Assembly (NCBI GenBank): GCA_951406725.2
Contig: OX597814.1
Coordinates: 165,912,001-165,976,000 of the forward strand
Length of the DNA stretch: 64,000 bases
DNA from: Octopus vulgaris
Taxonomy: Eukaryota
Direction of reading: 5' to 3'
The number at the start of each line of letters is the position of its first letter. The stretch's first letter is position 1. The translations under genes and the position numbers were made by a program. The notes beneath the pieces were generated by a model, which was not told the origin of the DNA, did no database searches, and saw only the letters and a list, made by a program, of their open reading frames with translations. This document shows positions 27,472-39,063 of this stretch, piece by piece.

Positions 27472-27529
27472 TTTGGCCATATAGCTGAGTGCAAGAACTG
27501 CAGATGAATCTGATGGGGTAAAGTCAAAG
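27472..27529 (-). CDS. HBP1: HBP1-like 58-nt exon encoding the Sin3 PAH2-interaction helix
   Basis: Translates SFDFTPSDSSAVLALSYMAK and continues QRR in the next exon; vertebrate SID is DFTPMDSSAVYVLSSMARQRR. TTGCAG acceptor, GTAAGT donor. Confidence 0.9.
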
Positions 27530-28689
27530 CTGCAATAAAAATAATTGAATATTAGAAGAATATATTCACTGAGGAATATACCACTCCCTACTCTAATTAA
27601 CATATAAAGGTTTCATTATGGTAGACTATGTAGGCCCATACTTCTGGCATAACTGAATTAGCCATAGTAGTGTCCACTAAACAATAAACAAGCAACAAAT
27701 TTAATAAGAAAGCATCATTATACTTATGAATTAACAAATTATTTTGAAAACATATCACATACTGTTAATCTGCACTATTCCCTTTCACTTATAATAAAAT
27801 GAGTATTCCTATAGCAGTATAGGTAATTCTGGTAGGAGTATGTTAAATTGTTAGATGAAAGAGGTCAAGAAATTGAACAATACAGCTTATATAATGTACA
27901 TTTAATGACATTCGTATACAGTGCCCAGGTGCACTACAACTCATTAGAAAAAAAAGCAGAAGTGTATGAACAGTACATGAAATAATGCACAGGAAGTGAA
28001 AAGTGAATGAGTTGTTAAAAAACAAAAAATAGGGGGAGCATCAGGTGTACAGTTAACAAATTTCAGGAAGCATGGAAGTTTTGAAGGATGCAGTGTTCTG
28101 ACAGTCAACAACTGGTGCAAGTAGTTTATTCCATGCTTCAGCAAATCTGAACTTGAAAAAATGGTTCCAAAAGTCATGGATGCTGTGTTGCTTTTGGATT
28201 TTGTAAAAATTCCAATGAAAATTTTGATTCTTTAGGGGCTACATAAACACACTCCCTTCAACTTCAAATTTTTGCTTCTCAAAAATTCTTCCTTGGTCAG
28301 ACTCTTCTACCTCCATCCCACCACTGCCATCAATTATCATCATTATTATTATTTTACATCCACTGTCCATGCTGGTATGGGTTGCTTGGGTCAATAAGAT
28401 CCAACAAGTTGGAGAGCATTATTAATTATCCACTGAGAAATGTTGAGAATTTGGGTTTTAAAGAAAGGAGGAGACCTTGGAAAACATGGAATGAGGTGGT
28501 GAAGGCTGTTCCCAGGATGCTGAGTCTCAAAGAGGAAATGATAATGGACCAAGATGATTGGTGATATGCAGTGCTTGAGAAAACCCAACCGTCTATGCTA
28601 GCACAGCATGTCTGAAGTTCAAACATATGTGTATACACACAACTAGGTCCCTCAGTCACCTTGTCATGTCTACAACTGCTCTTCTTTAT

Positions 28690-28745
28690 TTCTTTCCCTT
28701 TCCTCCACTTAGATGACTAGGTCTAAGTGGAGGAAAGGGAAAGAA
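28690..28745. repeat. Perfect 24-bp inverted repeat with 8-nt loop
   Basis: ttctttccctttcctccacttaga-tgactagg-tctaagtggaggaaagggaaagaa. Confidence 0.95.
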
Positions 28746-28821
28746 CACTCCCTCACTTATATTTAAAATATAAAAATGCTAAAGTTAAAGAGTGTCTCAA
28801 ATAATACACTAGAAAACTGAC

Positions 28822-28963
28822 CTTTGCTGGAGCGTTTCAAACACTTCATGAGTATAAGTAGCATCATGGTGCAATGGAGGCAAACAGATATCATCTTCCT
28901 CCAGCTTCCGACATGGGATGCCATAATGCTCCACTGTTACAGCAGGATTATAAGATGACCATC
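28822..28963 (-). CDS. HBP1: HBP1-like exon, C-terminal part of AXH domain
   Basis: Translates GWSSYNPAVTVEHYGIPCRKLEEDDICLPPLHHDATYTHEVFETLQQ (AXH GWSS..P..T...YG.PC..L...D.CLPP). TTTTAG acceptor, GTCAGT donor. Confidence 0.93.
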
Positions 28964-29590
28964 CTAAAATTAAGAGAGAGGATCAAATGAATAAACAGGG
29001 ATCACATACAGCAATATAACATTATAACAATAATCTCTTAAAAGAGAAGAGCTTTAATCAGTTGAATCAACCATCAGCATATCATTGACATTCATCATTG
29101 CAATGATCATACTGGAGTGAAAAATAAAATCACCCATTCAGGAAGTGAATTCAGTAGAGAAGCACTAATGTAAAAGAGCACAATGTTTTTGTTCCAAGTT
29201 AGACTTGATCGAACAGACCTATATCAAATCATTCCAGCCATGACTAACTTGTCTTTTTTCCAGACTTTGTATCAGGCAATGCTGTATCCAGTTTTAAAAT
29301 GGTAAGGTGTGATTCAACTGACATTTATAGCAGGATAAGCAACCATATAGAGGATCCTTTATTGGCTGATATAATAGGAAATGCATGCTTACACACATAT
29401 CATAGTAAGAAATTAATACACTGCCACACAATATCATTCCAAACTACCATGCAATAGCACATTTCCATTCAAGATACACAATAAATAACCTTCATAAACC
29501 TGTTCCCACACAGCTATAATTAATCAAAGCCTTTATTTTTTACCAAGAAATTTCAGCAAACAATAGCTTTAGAGGAATGGAAGAACTTAC

Positions 29591-29760
29591 CTTTCTCTGA
29601 TACAAAAAATGGATGATCTGGTGCACATTTAGCCAACAATGAAGACTGGGTGTCAATATCTGGTGACATTTTCAAATTCAGATGCCATGCGTTGTTCTCT
29701 GAATCTTTTCCATCATATATTTTAGTCATACGAACAAGACGTAAGCCTTTTGCAGCATAG
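29591..29760 (-). CDS. HBP1: HBP1-like exon, AXH domain
   Basis: Translates SYAAKGLRLVRMTKIYDGKDSENNAWHLNLKMSPDIDTQSSLLAKCAPDHPFFVSEK-G, including the AXH DHPFFV signature. TTTAG acceptor, GTAAGT donor. Confidence 0.93.
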
Positions 29761-29959
29761 CTAAACAAATGATGGACAATAAAACAAAACAATAATTAGA
29801 TTTGATAAAATGAAAACTTAGGAATGAAAGCTTAACTTTGTAATAATAGATATTTCAACTGTTGTGAAAATCATGACACGAAGATACAGGTATGCAACAC
29901 TGCTATGACATATCATCCAGACAAAAAACAAAGCACATATCAAAAGTTGAAATCAAACT

Positions 29960-30410
29960 CGGTGATTGGCATCCATTGCTAGTGGAGTGCTAAGAGTACC
30001 ATACGAGTGAGATCGTTGCCAGAGCAACAAGCTAGCCTTCGTGCCGATGGCACGTTAAACACACCATTTGAGCGTGATCGTTACCATGTCTTCTTACTAG
30101 CACTTGTGCTGGTGGCACGTGAAACATTCGAGCAAGGTCGTTGCCAGTGCCGCTGGACTGGCTCCTGTGCAGGTGGCACATAAAAAGCACCATTTGGACG
30201 TGGCCGTTGCCAGTACCACCAAACTGGCCCTCGTGCCAGTGGCACGTAAAAGCACCCACTACACTCTCAGAGTGGTTGGTGTTAGGAAGGGCATCCAGCT
30301 GTAGAAACTCTGCCAGATCAGATTGGAGTCTGGTTCGCCAGACCTCAGTCAAATCGTCCAACCCATGCTAGCATGGAAAGCGGGCGTTAAATGATGATGA
30401 TGATGATGAT
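29960..30410 (+). mobile_element. Short (ATG)n-tailed retroelement, inverted relative to 25870-26310
   Basis: Same core and (GAT)n tail at 30392-30410. Confidence 0.8.
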
Positions 30411-31236
30411 GTCAATTTGTTTAAGGCGGAATCATTTGCACACAGGACAAAATACTCAGTGGCATTTCATCTGTCCTCATGTTCTGAGTTTAAATTCTAC
30501 CGGGGTTGACTTTGGCTTTCATCCTTTCAGGGTCAATAAAATAAGTACCAGTTGAGTACTGGAGTTGATATAATTGACTTACTCCTTCCATTGAATTTGC
30601 TGGCCTTGAGCCAAAATATGAAAGCAGTATACTGTTAACCTGTTTTCTAAAACTCTGTGATAAGCTACCACCATCAGTGTTGTTTAATAGACCCCTGAGC
30701 CTGAAAAATGGCAGTCACCAAGCACCAAAAAGTTCACTAAACCATTTTCACTACAGTCACTGCTAAAATTATTAACGATAAAAAGCAAAATCTGAACAGT
30801 AAAACTGAACATATGAACATGTAACATGGTTGTAACATGGTCACACTGCATAGCAATGTGTAACATTCTCACAAAACAATGAAGAATGATGCAAGTGGGT
30901 TGCTGAATTCATAATGAAATAAAGGGAAATGATTAGGGCTATTCAACAACAGTTGTTACTGATTGTATAGCAATGCCATTTCACTTCCACCCTGTGGGAT
31001 GTAACGACATTCAAACCTTGCCAAGAGCAATCAAAATGAAACAGTTACAATCAGGAAACAAAACCTGTTTCAAATAGTGGACTGTTTACCTTTCTGTTTA
31101 TTTCTTCCATTCTATTTTTTCATTCATCTTTTAAAAAAATTATTTCTTTCATTTTTGTATGAAACAAACTTATAATCAGCTTATTCTCAACAGGGGCCTC
31201 AACTGAATAGGGAAGTAACATACCTGACAAGGTGAG

Positions 31237-31654
31237 GGATCTTTTTGGTTTGACCGGCAGTTTTTTCTAGTGGTGTCATATGAAATTGTCACCCGTAATT
31301 ATGACCCTAGAATCGATCTATTGCATTTCAATCTGTTTTAGGGTTAGTTAGGGTTAGGATTAGGGGTGGGGGGAAATGTATCTTTTTTTCTTCAGAAATG
31401 TAAATAAACCCAATCTGTTTCTTAAACGAGGGACATATTCATATGGCACAGAATGTTTTCACCTCAATAGACGTCATTGATTGGTTGAAATTGCAGAAAA
31501 AAAACAACAAGTATCTTACAAACTATAGAATTTTCTCAATAAAGCCAAGAGAAAAAGATGTTTTATAAACACATTCTACCAGTATACGAAGTTTAAAAGT
31601 GTTTAGTTACGTGGAAATTATTTTTAAAAACTGCCGGTCAAACCGAAAAGATCC
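31237..31654. mobile_element. MITE with ~30-bp TIRs, 9-bp TSD and internal TTAGGG-like repeats (probably Mutator-like)
   Basis: TIRs ggatctttttggtttgaccggcagttttt and aaaaactgccggtcaaaccgaaaagatcc. TSD CAAGGTGAG at 31228-31236 and 31655-31663. Confidence 0.88.
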
Positions 31655-31736
31655 CAAGGTGAGTTATCCATCCTAAAAAACATTTCAATTACAACCAGTT
31701 CAACTGTCATGGATTAAATAAAAATAAAATGCTTAC

Positions 31737-31848
31737 CTGTCTTTGTTATCTTCTTTGCCACAAGAAGAAGCTGATTTGGAGAGAAGTTCAAGTCGTGCAA
31801 GTTCTTCAGCAGTTTGCCAGTTTGTCTCTGGAAATTGTATCTGAACAC
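31737..31848 (-). CDS. HBP1: HBP1-like exon, AXH domain
   Basis: Translates GVQIQFPETNWQTAEELARLELLSKSASSCGKEDNKD. TTTCAG acceptor, GTAAGC donor, phase 1 to 2. Confidence 0.9.
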
Positions 31849-32772
31849 CTGAAATGCATTATGGAAAAGTGAATTAATAGCATTTCAAGATTATTCCCTA
31901 GTGATAAAGAAGATGGGGATTTGCAGAACATCATTTTTAAAATTAACCATCACTTTAATGGCAGTGAGGTAGCTTAATTGCCTTCTGTAAGTCAATTATT
32001 CTATCAGAGAGGTGCAACTGAATATCATTTAATCTTGCAATAATAGGTAAATGAGACTAATTTGTTCTTGCTTTTGTCTAACTTTGGATTTGTTCTTTAT
32101 TGAGAGTTTTTTTTTTTTTTATTTCATTTTCTCTGGAAGTGTCCTCTTCTCATTTTTAAGACAACAGCATGTAAGTTGAAAGTGATTTAGCTACTATTTC
32201 TCACATGTCAATCATAGAGATCATAAAGCTAGTGTGTTTGAAAGAGTAAAGGAGAGAAATCAGGATGGTAGTGGTAGTGGATAATACAAAGTCAAGTAGT
32301 TAAGTTGCAGAGAAATATGACTCTGAGAAGGACTGGTTGTGTAATGTAATGCTGGGTAAGGTGTACATAGGATTAAACACAGAACTATGCAATAGAGTGA
32401 GGAAATATAGTGTGCGTGTTCCTTCAGAGTGAGGTTTATGACAGAACTTCTGAAACAAACTGAGGTTGTGGTAGGGGAATATGGAGAAGTAGAGTTAATG
32501 ATTAAATAAGTTTAACATTTAAAAAGACACAGCAAATTCAATGTATAAAGGTTATTTATGTAACATTATATTAATCATTTTAGGTTTTTGCCCCACTCCT
32601 ATCTAAACTGGATTACAGAGCTGAGTGAACATTTTTCTATTTCTAAGGCAGAGAGAGCCACTGATATAAAGGAAGAGTCAAAGCTAACAACAGTGATAGC
32701 AAAACAAATGAAAGATAAAGATTTGAGGATTGGTGTAGGTAAAGAAAAGTCTTTACAGACATAGGTACTTAC

Positions 32773-32903
32773 CTTTCATGAAACACTGCCATACAGTTGT
32801 AGGCCAGGGATGAGACCAAGTACTGTTACCTTTACTGGAATCTTCTGGTGAAGCTGGACATGGGGCTGAGGATGATACTTGTGGATCACTGCCATCGGCA
32901 CTA
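32773..32903 (-). CDS. HBP1: HBP1-like exon, start of AXH domain
   Basis: Translates SSADGSDPQVSSSAPCPASPEDSSKGNSTWSHPWPTTVWQCFMK-G (vertebrate HBP1 WPSTVWHCFLKG). TTGCAG acceptor, GTAAGT donor. Confidence 0.93.
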
Positions 32904-33240
32904 CTGCAATGACAAATCAGTAAATACTGTGATATTTGATTCTAAAAAACAAAATACACATACTCACAAATGTCCAAACACAAACAGACTTACAAACAGA
33001 ACACAGATATATTAATATACACAAGAGCATCACACCAGTTCACAATAGAGTACCCAACCAGCCTACAATACAAACAAACATTTCTATATACAAAAAAATG
33101 TTACAGGATCATTTATACACATACATCTTGCAGATACCTATACACACATCCTCCTCATATCAACCTTACCAACACACATATCCATGTCTAGCCGTTTAAT
33201 AAGTGATGTGTGAAGAAGATAGAAAATAGTAGAAACTCAC

Positions 33241-33496
33241 CTAGGTTGCTGATGTTTTAAGCTGGTGGTTTCCGTCTTTAGAAGAGGGCTTTCAGGACCC
33301 GTTGCAATAATTGCCAACTGCTGCAATTTGTTTACATCTGTGGTTGGGTTATCATCAACTGATGGCCATGTTGTTGTGGTAGGGCTACTAACAAGAGGAG
33401 AGACAGCTGAAGACAAAGTTAGAGGCATGGGCTTGCACTTCCCACAGTTGCCCTCTGTCTTAATTGTTTTTGTGTCAGCTGAATCACAGGTTATTT
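33241..33496 (-). CDS. HBP1: HBP1-like exon with KLQQLAIIATGPESPLL motif
   Basis: TTGCAG acceptor, GTGAGT donor, phase 1 to 2. Lies within ORF 33237..33644. The motif resembles vertebrate HBP1 LTELANIATSPQSP. Confidence 0.9.
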
Positions 33497-35350
33497 CTGC
33501 AACAAAAGGAAAATAAATAAATAAAAAAATAACATGAACAACAACAACAACAATGATGAACAACTGCTTGCCTTGTTGAATTAACAAATTACCACTAGCA
33601 TCATTTATTAAGTACCTCACAATGATTGACTGTGGGACACACATGATACAAAGGTTTCTGCTTAGTCACTAGTATTCTATAAAACTCAGATAATGAATTC
33701 AGATAATGTATATCAGCAAATACACTAATCCCTTTAATACTTCCATAAATGCCAGTACTACAATGTTAATAATGATAATAATTATGATGTTTATGAGTAT
33801 GACCAAAATTAATAATAATGCCCATACAGCTTCCCAGTTCTTTAGCATTATCAACTGACATCATCAAATCAAGAAACATGAAGATTAAAAATCAACTATC
33901 AAAGTTGTTAATGTGAGGTCCCCACCCATCTCACCCCCTTGAGAAACATGTAAATTTATTCAGTCATTTTTTGCCCTTGGAAGCTAAAGGATACATTGTT
34001 AAACAATCAAATGAAACTAATAAATCAGAGGTTTTCTAAAAATTATTGCAGTCCAGTTTTTATTTCAGCAAGATTCTCACATCAAATTGCAATGGTCTGA
34101 ATGGAAACACACTTCTTTGACTAATACACTTCATCCATGCACCACAACACATACCTACAATTCAAAGTACTATACACCTCTGATAGAGAGTATCACCACT
34201 ACAGTAACACTTCCACTGCTACAATCATCATCATTCTCTTGACAATTTGTGCAGGTAATGAATGATTATGGTGCATTATTATGTCTACTTTTCCATACTG
34301 GCTTAACTTGGATGGGTTTTCAATATTTCAACGTTTTCACTATAAAAATCACTTACCTAAAGATCTAACCTCATCACTTATTTTCAAACTTTCTTCAGTC
34401 CCCAGCACTTTGCACTGTCAGTACACACCACTTTCACTTTTTTTTTTTATTCATCCGCTATCTACATCTACCAGTCTGGTTGCCTTTCTTACATATATCA
34501 GCTGATTCCTTTAATGCCCAGCTACTCTCTCAGCTCATTTATGTTACTCAATTATAACTCACTATCTACCTTCACCAATCATATAAGTTAATTTCCTCTT
34601 TTACTAAGATGGACTTTCTTTCATGGTTCATCCAACAGCTAATTACTCCTGTATTAATTATGATTTTATTCAACATATTCCCCTCTCAGATTCACACTTA
34701 TTGCAGCAGTCCTTCAATCCACTTATTGCAGCAGCCTCCAATCAGGTCTATTACAACTGTAGGCTTGGTTCTGTGTTGGTCTGTCACAGGTCTCATAACA
34801 ACTTTTGTAAACCCATTATTTACACTGTGCACATAGTAGTGTGCTCTTATTAACATCTCGTAAATAGCCACTTTCAGAGGGCAGTGGGATTTATGTATGG
34901 TCTATTGAGTAAACACTTCTATAAACCAACCTGCTCTCCATTTCTATTGTAACAATGAGCAAGAGTGAGTAACTACAGTGTGTATCATGAACTTCATAGG
35001 AGCGAATAATGGGTGGACTCTGCAACATGTATGATATTCACCTGCTCTCATTCGTTAAACAAAACACACACACACAGAGTCAAGAATTAATCACAGTAAT
35101 CAATACTGGAAATATTAGGAATATCAGAATTATCAAGTCAAGTGTAATCCAAAATTTGGGTTTATTCAAAAATCCTTATAGATTTTAATCTATTTCATGA
35201 GCCAAAGCTAATAATTACCAAAGATTAACTGAAAATTACTTCACTCTTAAATATATACAGGTCGGAATTAACTGGTTTATTGAAATTCTACCTATAACTC
35301 CTGAACATTGACTAATTTGCATTAATCATGATATACGCACAAGGTACCTA

Positions 35351-36436
35351 TGAGGGGAAGTCAAAAATTATCTGCACTTTCACCATAACATATCTTTATT
35401 ATTGTCACACCACCTTCTGTGAATGCATGCTTAAAGTTGGTACTACTATGGTCACGTGATTGAAGTTTGAGCTTGATCACACTATTTTTCTTTCTGGCTT
35501 TACAGTGTAAGCATGGCTGCTCCACTAGCAATGTGCACCAAAGAAAAACAAAGAGCAGTGATCCAATTTCTCTGGTCAAAAAGTGTGTTCGGTGCCGAAA
35601 TTCATTGGAGGCTTTTAGCACAATTGGTTAATGGTTTCAACAGTCTGGGTGGCCATGTGTGGGCATGCATTGTCATACAACAATAAAACTTTCTTCGACA
35701 ATAGGCTTCAGCATTTGGTGTAAATTGCTGGCTTCAGTTTGTTGGCCAGCAAAGCACTGTATCTTGCACTGTTAATTGTACACCCCTTTTCCAGGTAGTC
35801 TTCCAGTAGAGGCCCTTTTGAGTCCCAAAAAAGAGTTAGCATCACTTTTCCTGAGGAAGACTGAGTCTTGAATTTCTTTGTCGCTGGTGAGCCAGGATGT
35901 TTTCGCTCCATACTATGTCTTCTGCATCCTGCCCCATAATAATGGACCCACATTTCATCTGTAACTATTCTGTTCAAAAATGATTAATCTGCAGAGAACA
36001 AGCTACCTCATTGATGATAACTCGCTGATTCACCATCACCATCTCATCAGCAATGGAAGTTGACAGGAATCCTGCTCCCTCTTCATGCATCACACTTGTC
36101 CAGCCACTTTTAAAATTCTTGATCCACTCATAAACACTTCTATGCAGTAGTGCATTGTCGCTGTATTGTGCTAAAAGCCTCCGATGAATTTCAGCACCTG
36201 ACACACCTTCTGACTAGAGAAATCGGATCACTGCTCTCTGTTCTTTGGTGCACACTGCTAGGGGAGCAGTCATGCTTACACTGTAAAGCCAGAAAGAAAA
36301 ATGGTGCAATCAGGTTCAAACTTTCATCACAAGACCACAATAGTACCAACTATAAGCACACATGTGCACAAGACAGTGTGACAATAATAAAGATATATTA
36401 TGGCAAAAAGTGCAGATAATTTTTGCTTTCCCCTCA
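35351..36436 (-). mobile_element. Deleted mariner-like element with ~270-bp inverted termini
   Basis: Termini TA|tgaggggaagtcaaaaattatctgcac..gtgcagataatttttgctttcccctca|TA. Transposase pieces GAEIHRRL..VYEWIKNFKSG, RIVTDEMWVHYY, KVMLTLFWDSKG, TINSARY and LLYDNACPH. Confidence 0.9.
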
Positions 36437-36853
36437 TACATATACTCGCATGAGCATGTGTGTGAGGGAAGGTGAGAGCCCTATACTACATAAAATATTT
36501 GCATCTATTTTCCCCCACAATATATCATTTGGAAATATCTTTGTTTTTTTTATTTTTTTATGGGAAGAAATGAGGAGGTTGGATCTCAGGTTGTTGGATC
36601 TGAAAATCAAGATGAGAACAAGCCTGAGAGAAATGACAATATGTAGTCTCCAGCTCTGTGCTGGCATGAGAAAAAAATTCAGTGAAACAACAATGATAAT
36701 GATCATGATAGTTTATAAATTAGAGCTGGATTCTCTTCCAACGGCTTGACCATATAACTTTCAAGTGGAAGCAAATACATTTTGTGAGCCAGGCAGATGA
36801 CAGCAAGAGGCGTAATGCATTTTGTATCATAATTTGATAAAGTATATAGCCTG

Positions 36854-37716
36854 GTGGAGAAGTTTACCTATCTGGGCTCTACCGTCACCTACAACCTATC
36901 CCTTGACGCTGAGCTCAATATACGCATTGGCAAGGCAGCTGCTGCGATGGCCCAACTCTCCAAACGGGCTTGGGACAACAATAAGCTGACCAAGACCACA
37001 AAAATGAAGATCTACCAGGCATGTGTACTCAGCACTCTACTGTATGGAAGCGAGACCTGGACGCTATACACACGCCAAGAGCGTCGCCTAAACATCTTTC
37101 ACCTGCGCTGCCTCCGAAAAATCCTCCACATCAAATGGCAGAATCATATCCCCAACAAAGATGTCCTCAGGCAAGCAGGAATACCAAGCATGTTTGCACT
37201 CCTCACACAAAGACGTATGAGATGGCTTGGGCATGTTAGCCGTATGAAAGATGGCAGAATCCCCAAGGACATACTCTACAGAGAGCTTGCTAGGGGTACT
37301 AGGTCTGTGGGTAGACCGATCTTGCGTTACAAGGATGTTTGCAAAAGGGATATGAAGGCCTGCAACATCAACATTAGCGGTTGGGAGGCAGTCGCCGGCA
37401 ACCGTGGAGAATGGCGACGTACAGTAAAAGAGGGTATACAGAGGAGTGACAGAAAGAGAGAGGAGAAATGGAAAGAAAGGAAGAGACATAAACAAGAGAC
37501 CATGGCACTACAATCAGCCAGGAACAGTCTTTGCTACATTTGCAGTACCTGCCAGAGGGAGTGTTTGTCCAGGATAGGACTACACAGCCACAGCAAGAAA
37601 TGTAACAGGAAATAAAATATAACAGCCGGACTAGACCTAGAAAAAAAAAAAAAAAAAGAAAAAGAAAAAAAGGCGCAACTCCATTGTCTCCCGAGACAGA
37701 AAGGATGCCAAACTCA
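36854..37716 (+). mobile_element. Young 5'-truncated RTE (BovB-like) LINE with TSD
   Basis: Uninterrupted 253-codon ORF (FTYLGS, RIGKA, LLYGSETW, RWLGHVSRMKDGRIPK, C-terminal CSTCQRECLSRIGLHSHSKKC). 3' UTR ends tgtctcccgagacagaaaggatgcc. TSD ATAGCCTG at 36846-36853 and 37717-37724. Confidence 0.93.
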
Positions 37717-39063
37717 ATAGCCTGTTCTTATTATAATTAACCATTCAACTACAAAGAAGAAATTATGCCTATTCTCCCTTTAGATAGGCTGAGACTATTA
37801 AATCAATGTCTTACTCACTCACAGACACAGTATGGCTGTAGTAAGATTTGAAAACATGACCTTGTAATGAAATAATTAAGTGCCTTCACATCATAGCTAT
37901 ACATAGGTTACTATAAATATTAAACAATTACATCATACACATAAATCCATATAAATAGAAATTGCAAGTATATTTGTAAAATCATCATATATATAGATTA
38001 TATACTTAATTTGTTTCATTACAATTCACCTAATTCACATAAAATTGAGAATATTATCTAATATTATCTCCTTTGAAGGGAGAGGTATATCTCATTTCAG
38101 TTTAACATCACTAAACTAGAATTTAAGTATTGGCCCTTAAAAGTGTTTAGGTAATATTTGCACTTTTACTGCATTTTAAATACAGATGCAGGTAACTGTA
38201 AGATTATTTTTTATATGAGGAAAGTGTACTAATGAAACATGTGTTAACACAAATGCCCTTTGAACCATTGTTGAAAATTAAGATCTGATGCTTAGCTCTT
38301 GTTTTACGGCATGAAACTGATGAAATAGACTTGTATCTGGATCGGATACCAGTCTAACACAAGTGAAGTTCCAAAACAGATTGGTACCTATTCTTCACAA
38401 GTGAACTGAGGCATACTGGAACAAAATGTTCTGCTCAAAAACAAAAAAAATAATTGCAGTATATTTTAGATCACAGCCTGTGAAGAGATAAACTCTAAAT
38501 CTACTTGGCCAATTCACATTTTCATGTATTACATCTGTTTCACTCAATGTGACACATAGAAAGCTGAATGCTCTCAAGTGACACACAGCAAGCCGAATGA
38601 TACAAATAATACCAAAGTCAATATCCCAGATAAGAAGGGTTAGTGGATTTTGTTACATTACAAAGTAAGCATTTAAGAATGTAACAATGAAGTGCTTCTC
38701 CATCTAAAACCTCAGACTATGAACTGGAACTCAATAGTTCAATAAACTGAATGAATTACCAGTGTGTTAAATTAACAAGCAAGCGGCTGAGTATTCCACA
38801 GATACATGTACCCTTAATGAATCAGTGTAGTAACACAATGTGTGAAATACAAGTACAATCCAACCAATGGGTTTCCATACAATTTCCATCAAGTGCATTT
38901 CAATTACAAAGCTTAGACATAAACAAAACTATATTAAAAGACAATTACCCAAGATACTACAGTGGGAAAGAAATCAAAACCTTATGACAATGGAGCAAAC
39001 TTCTCAACCACTCATGAGCACACACACACACACACACACACACAGCTATAAAGGTATTAATAC

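Noticed and set aside
31338-31365. True telomere or chromosome fusion site
   Set aside because: Only a few degenerate TTAGGG units, enclosed within a TIR- and TSD-bounded element.
36854-37615. Host protein-coding gene (253-aa ORF)
   Set aside because: It is the C-terminal part of an RTE LINE ORF, 5'-truncated and bounded by a TSD.
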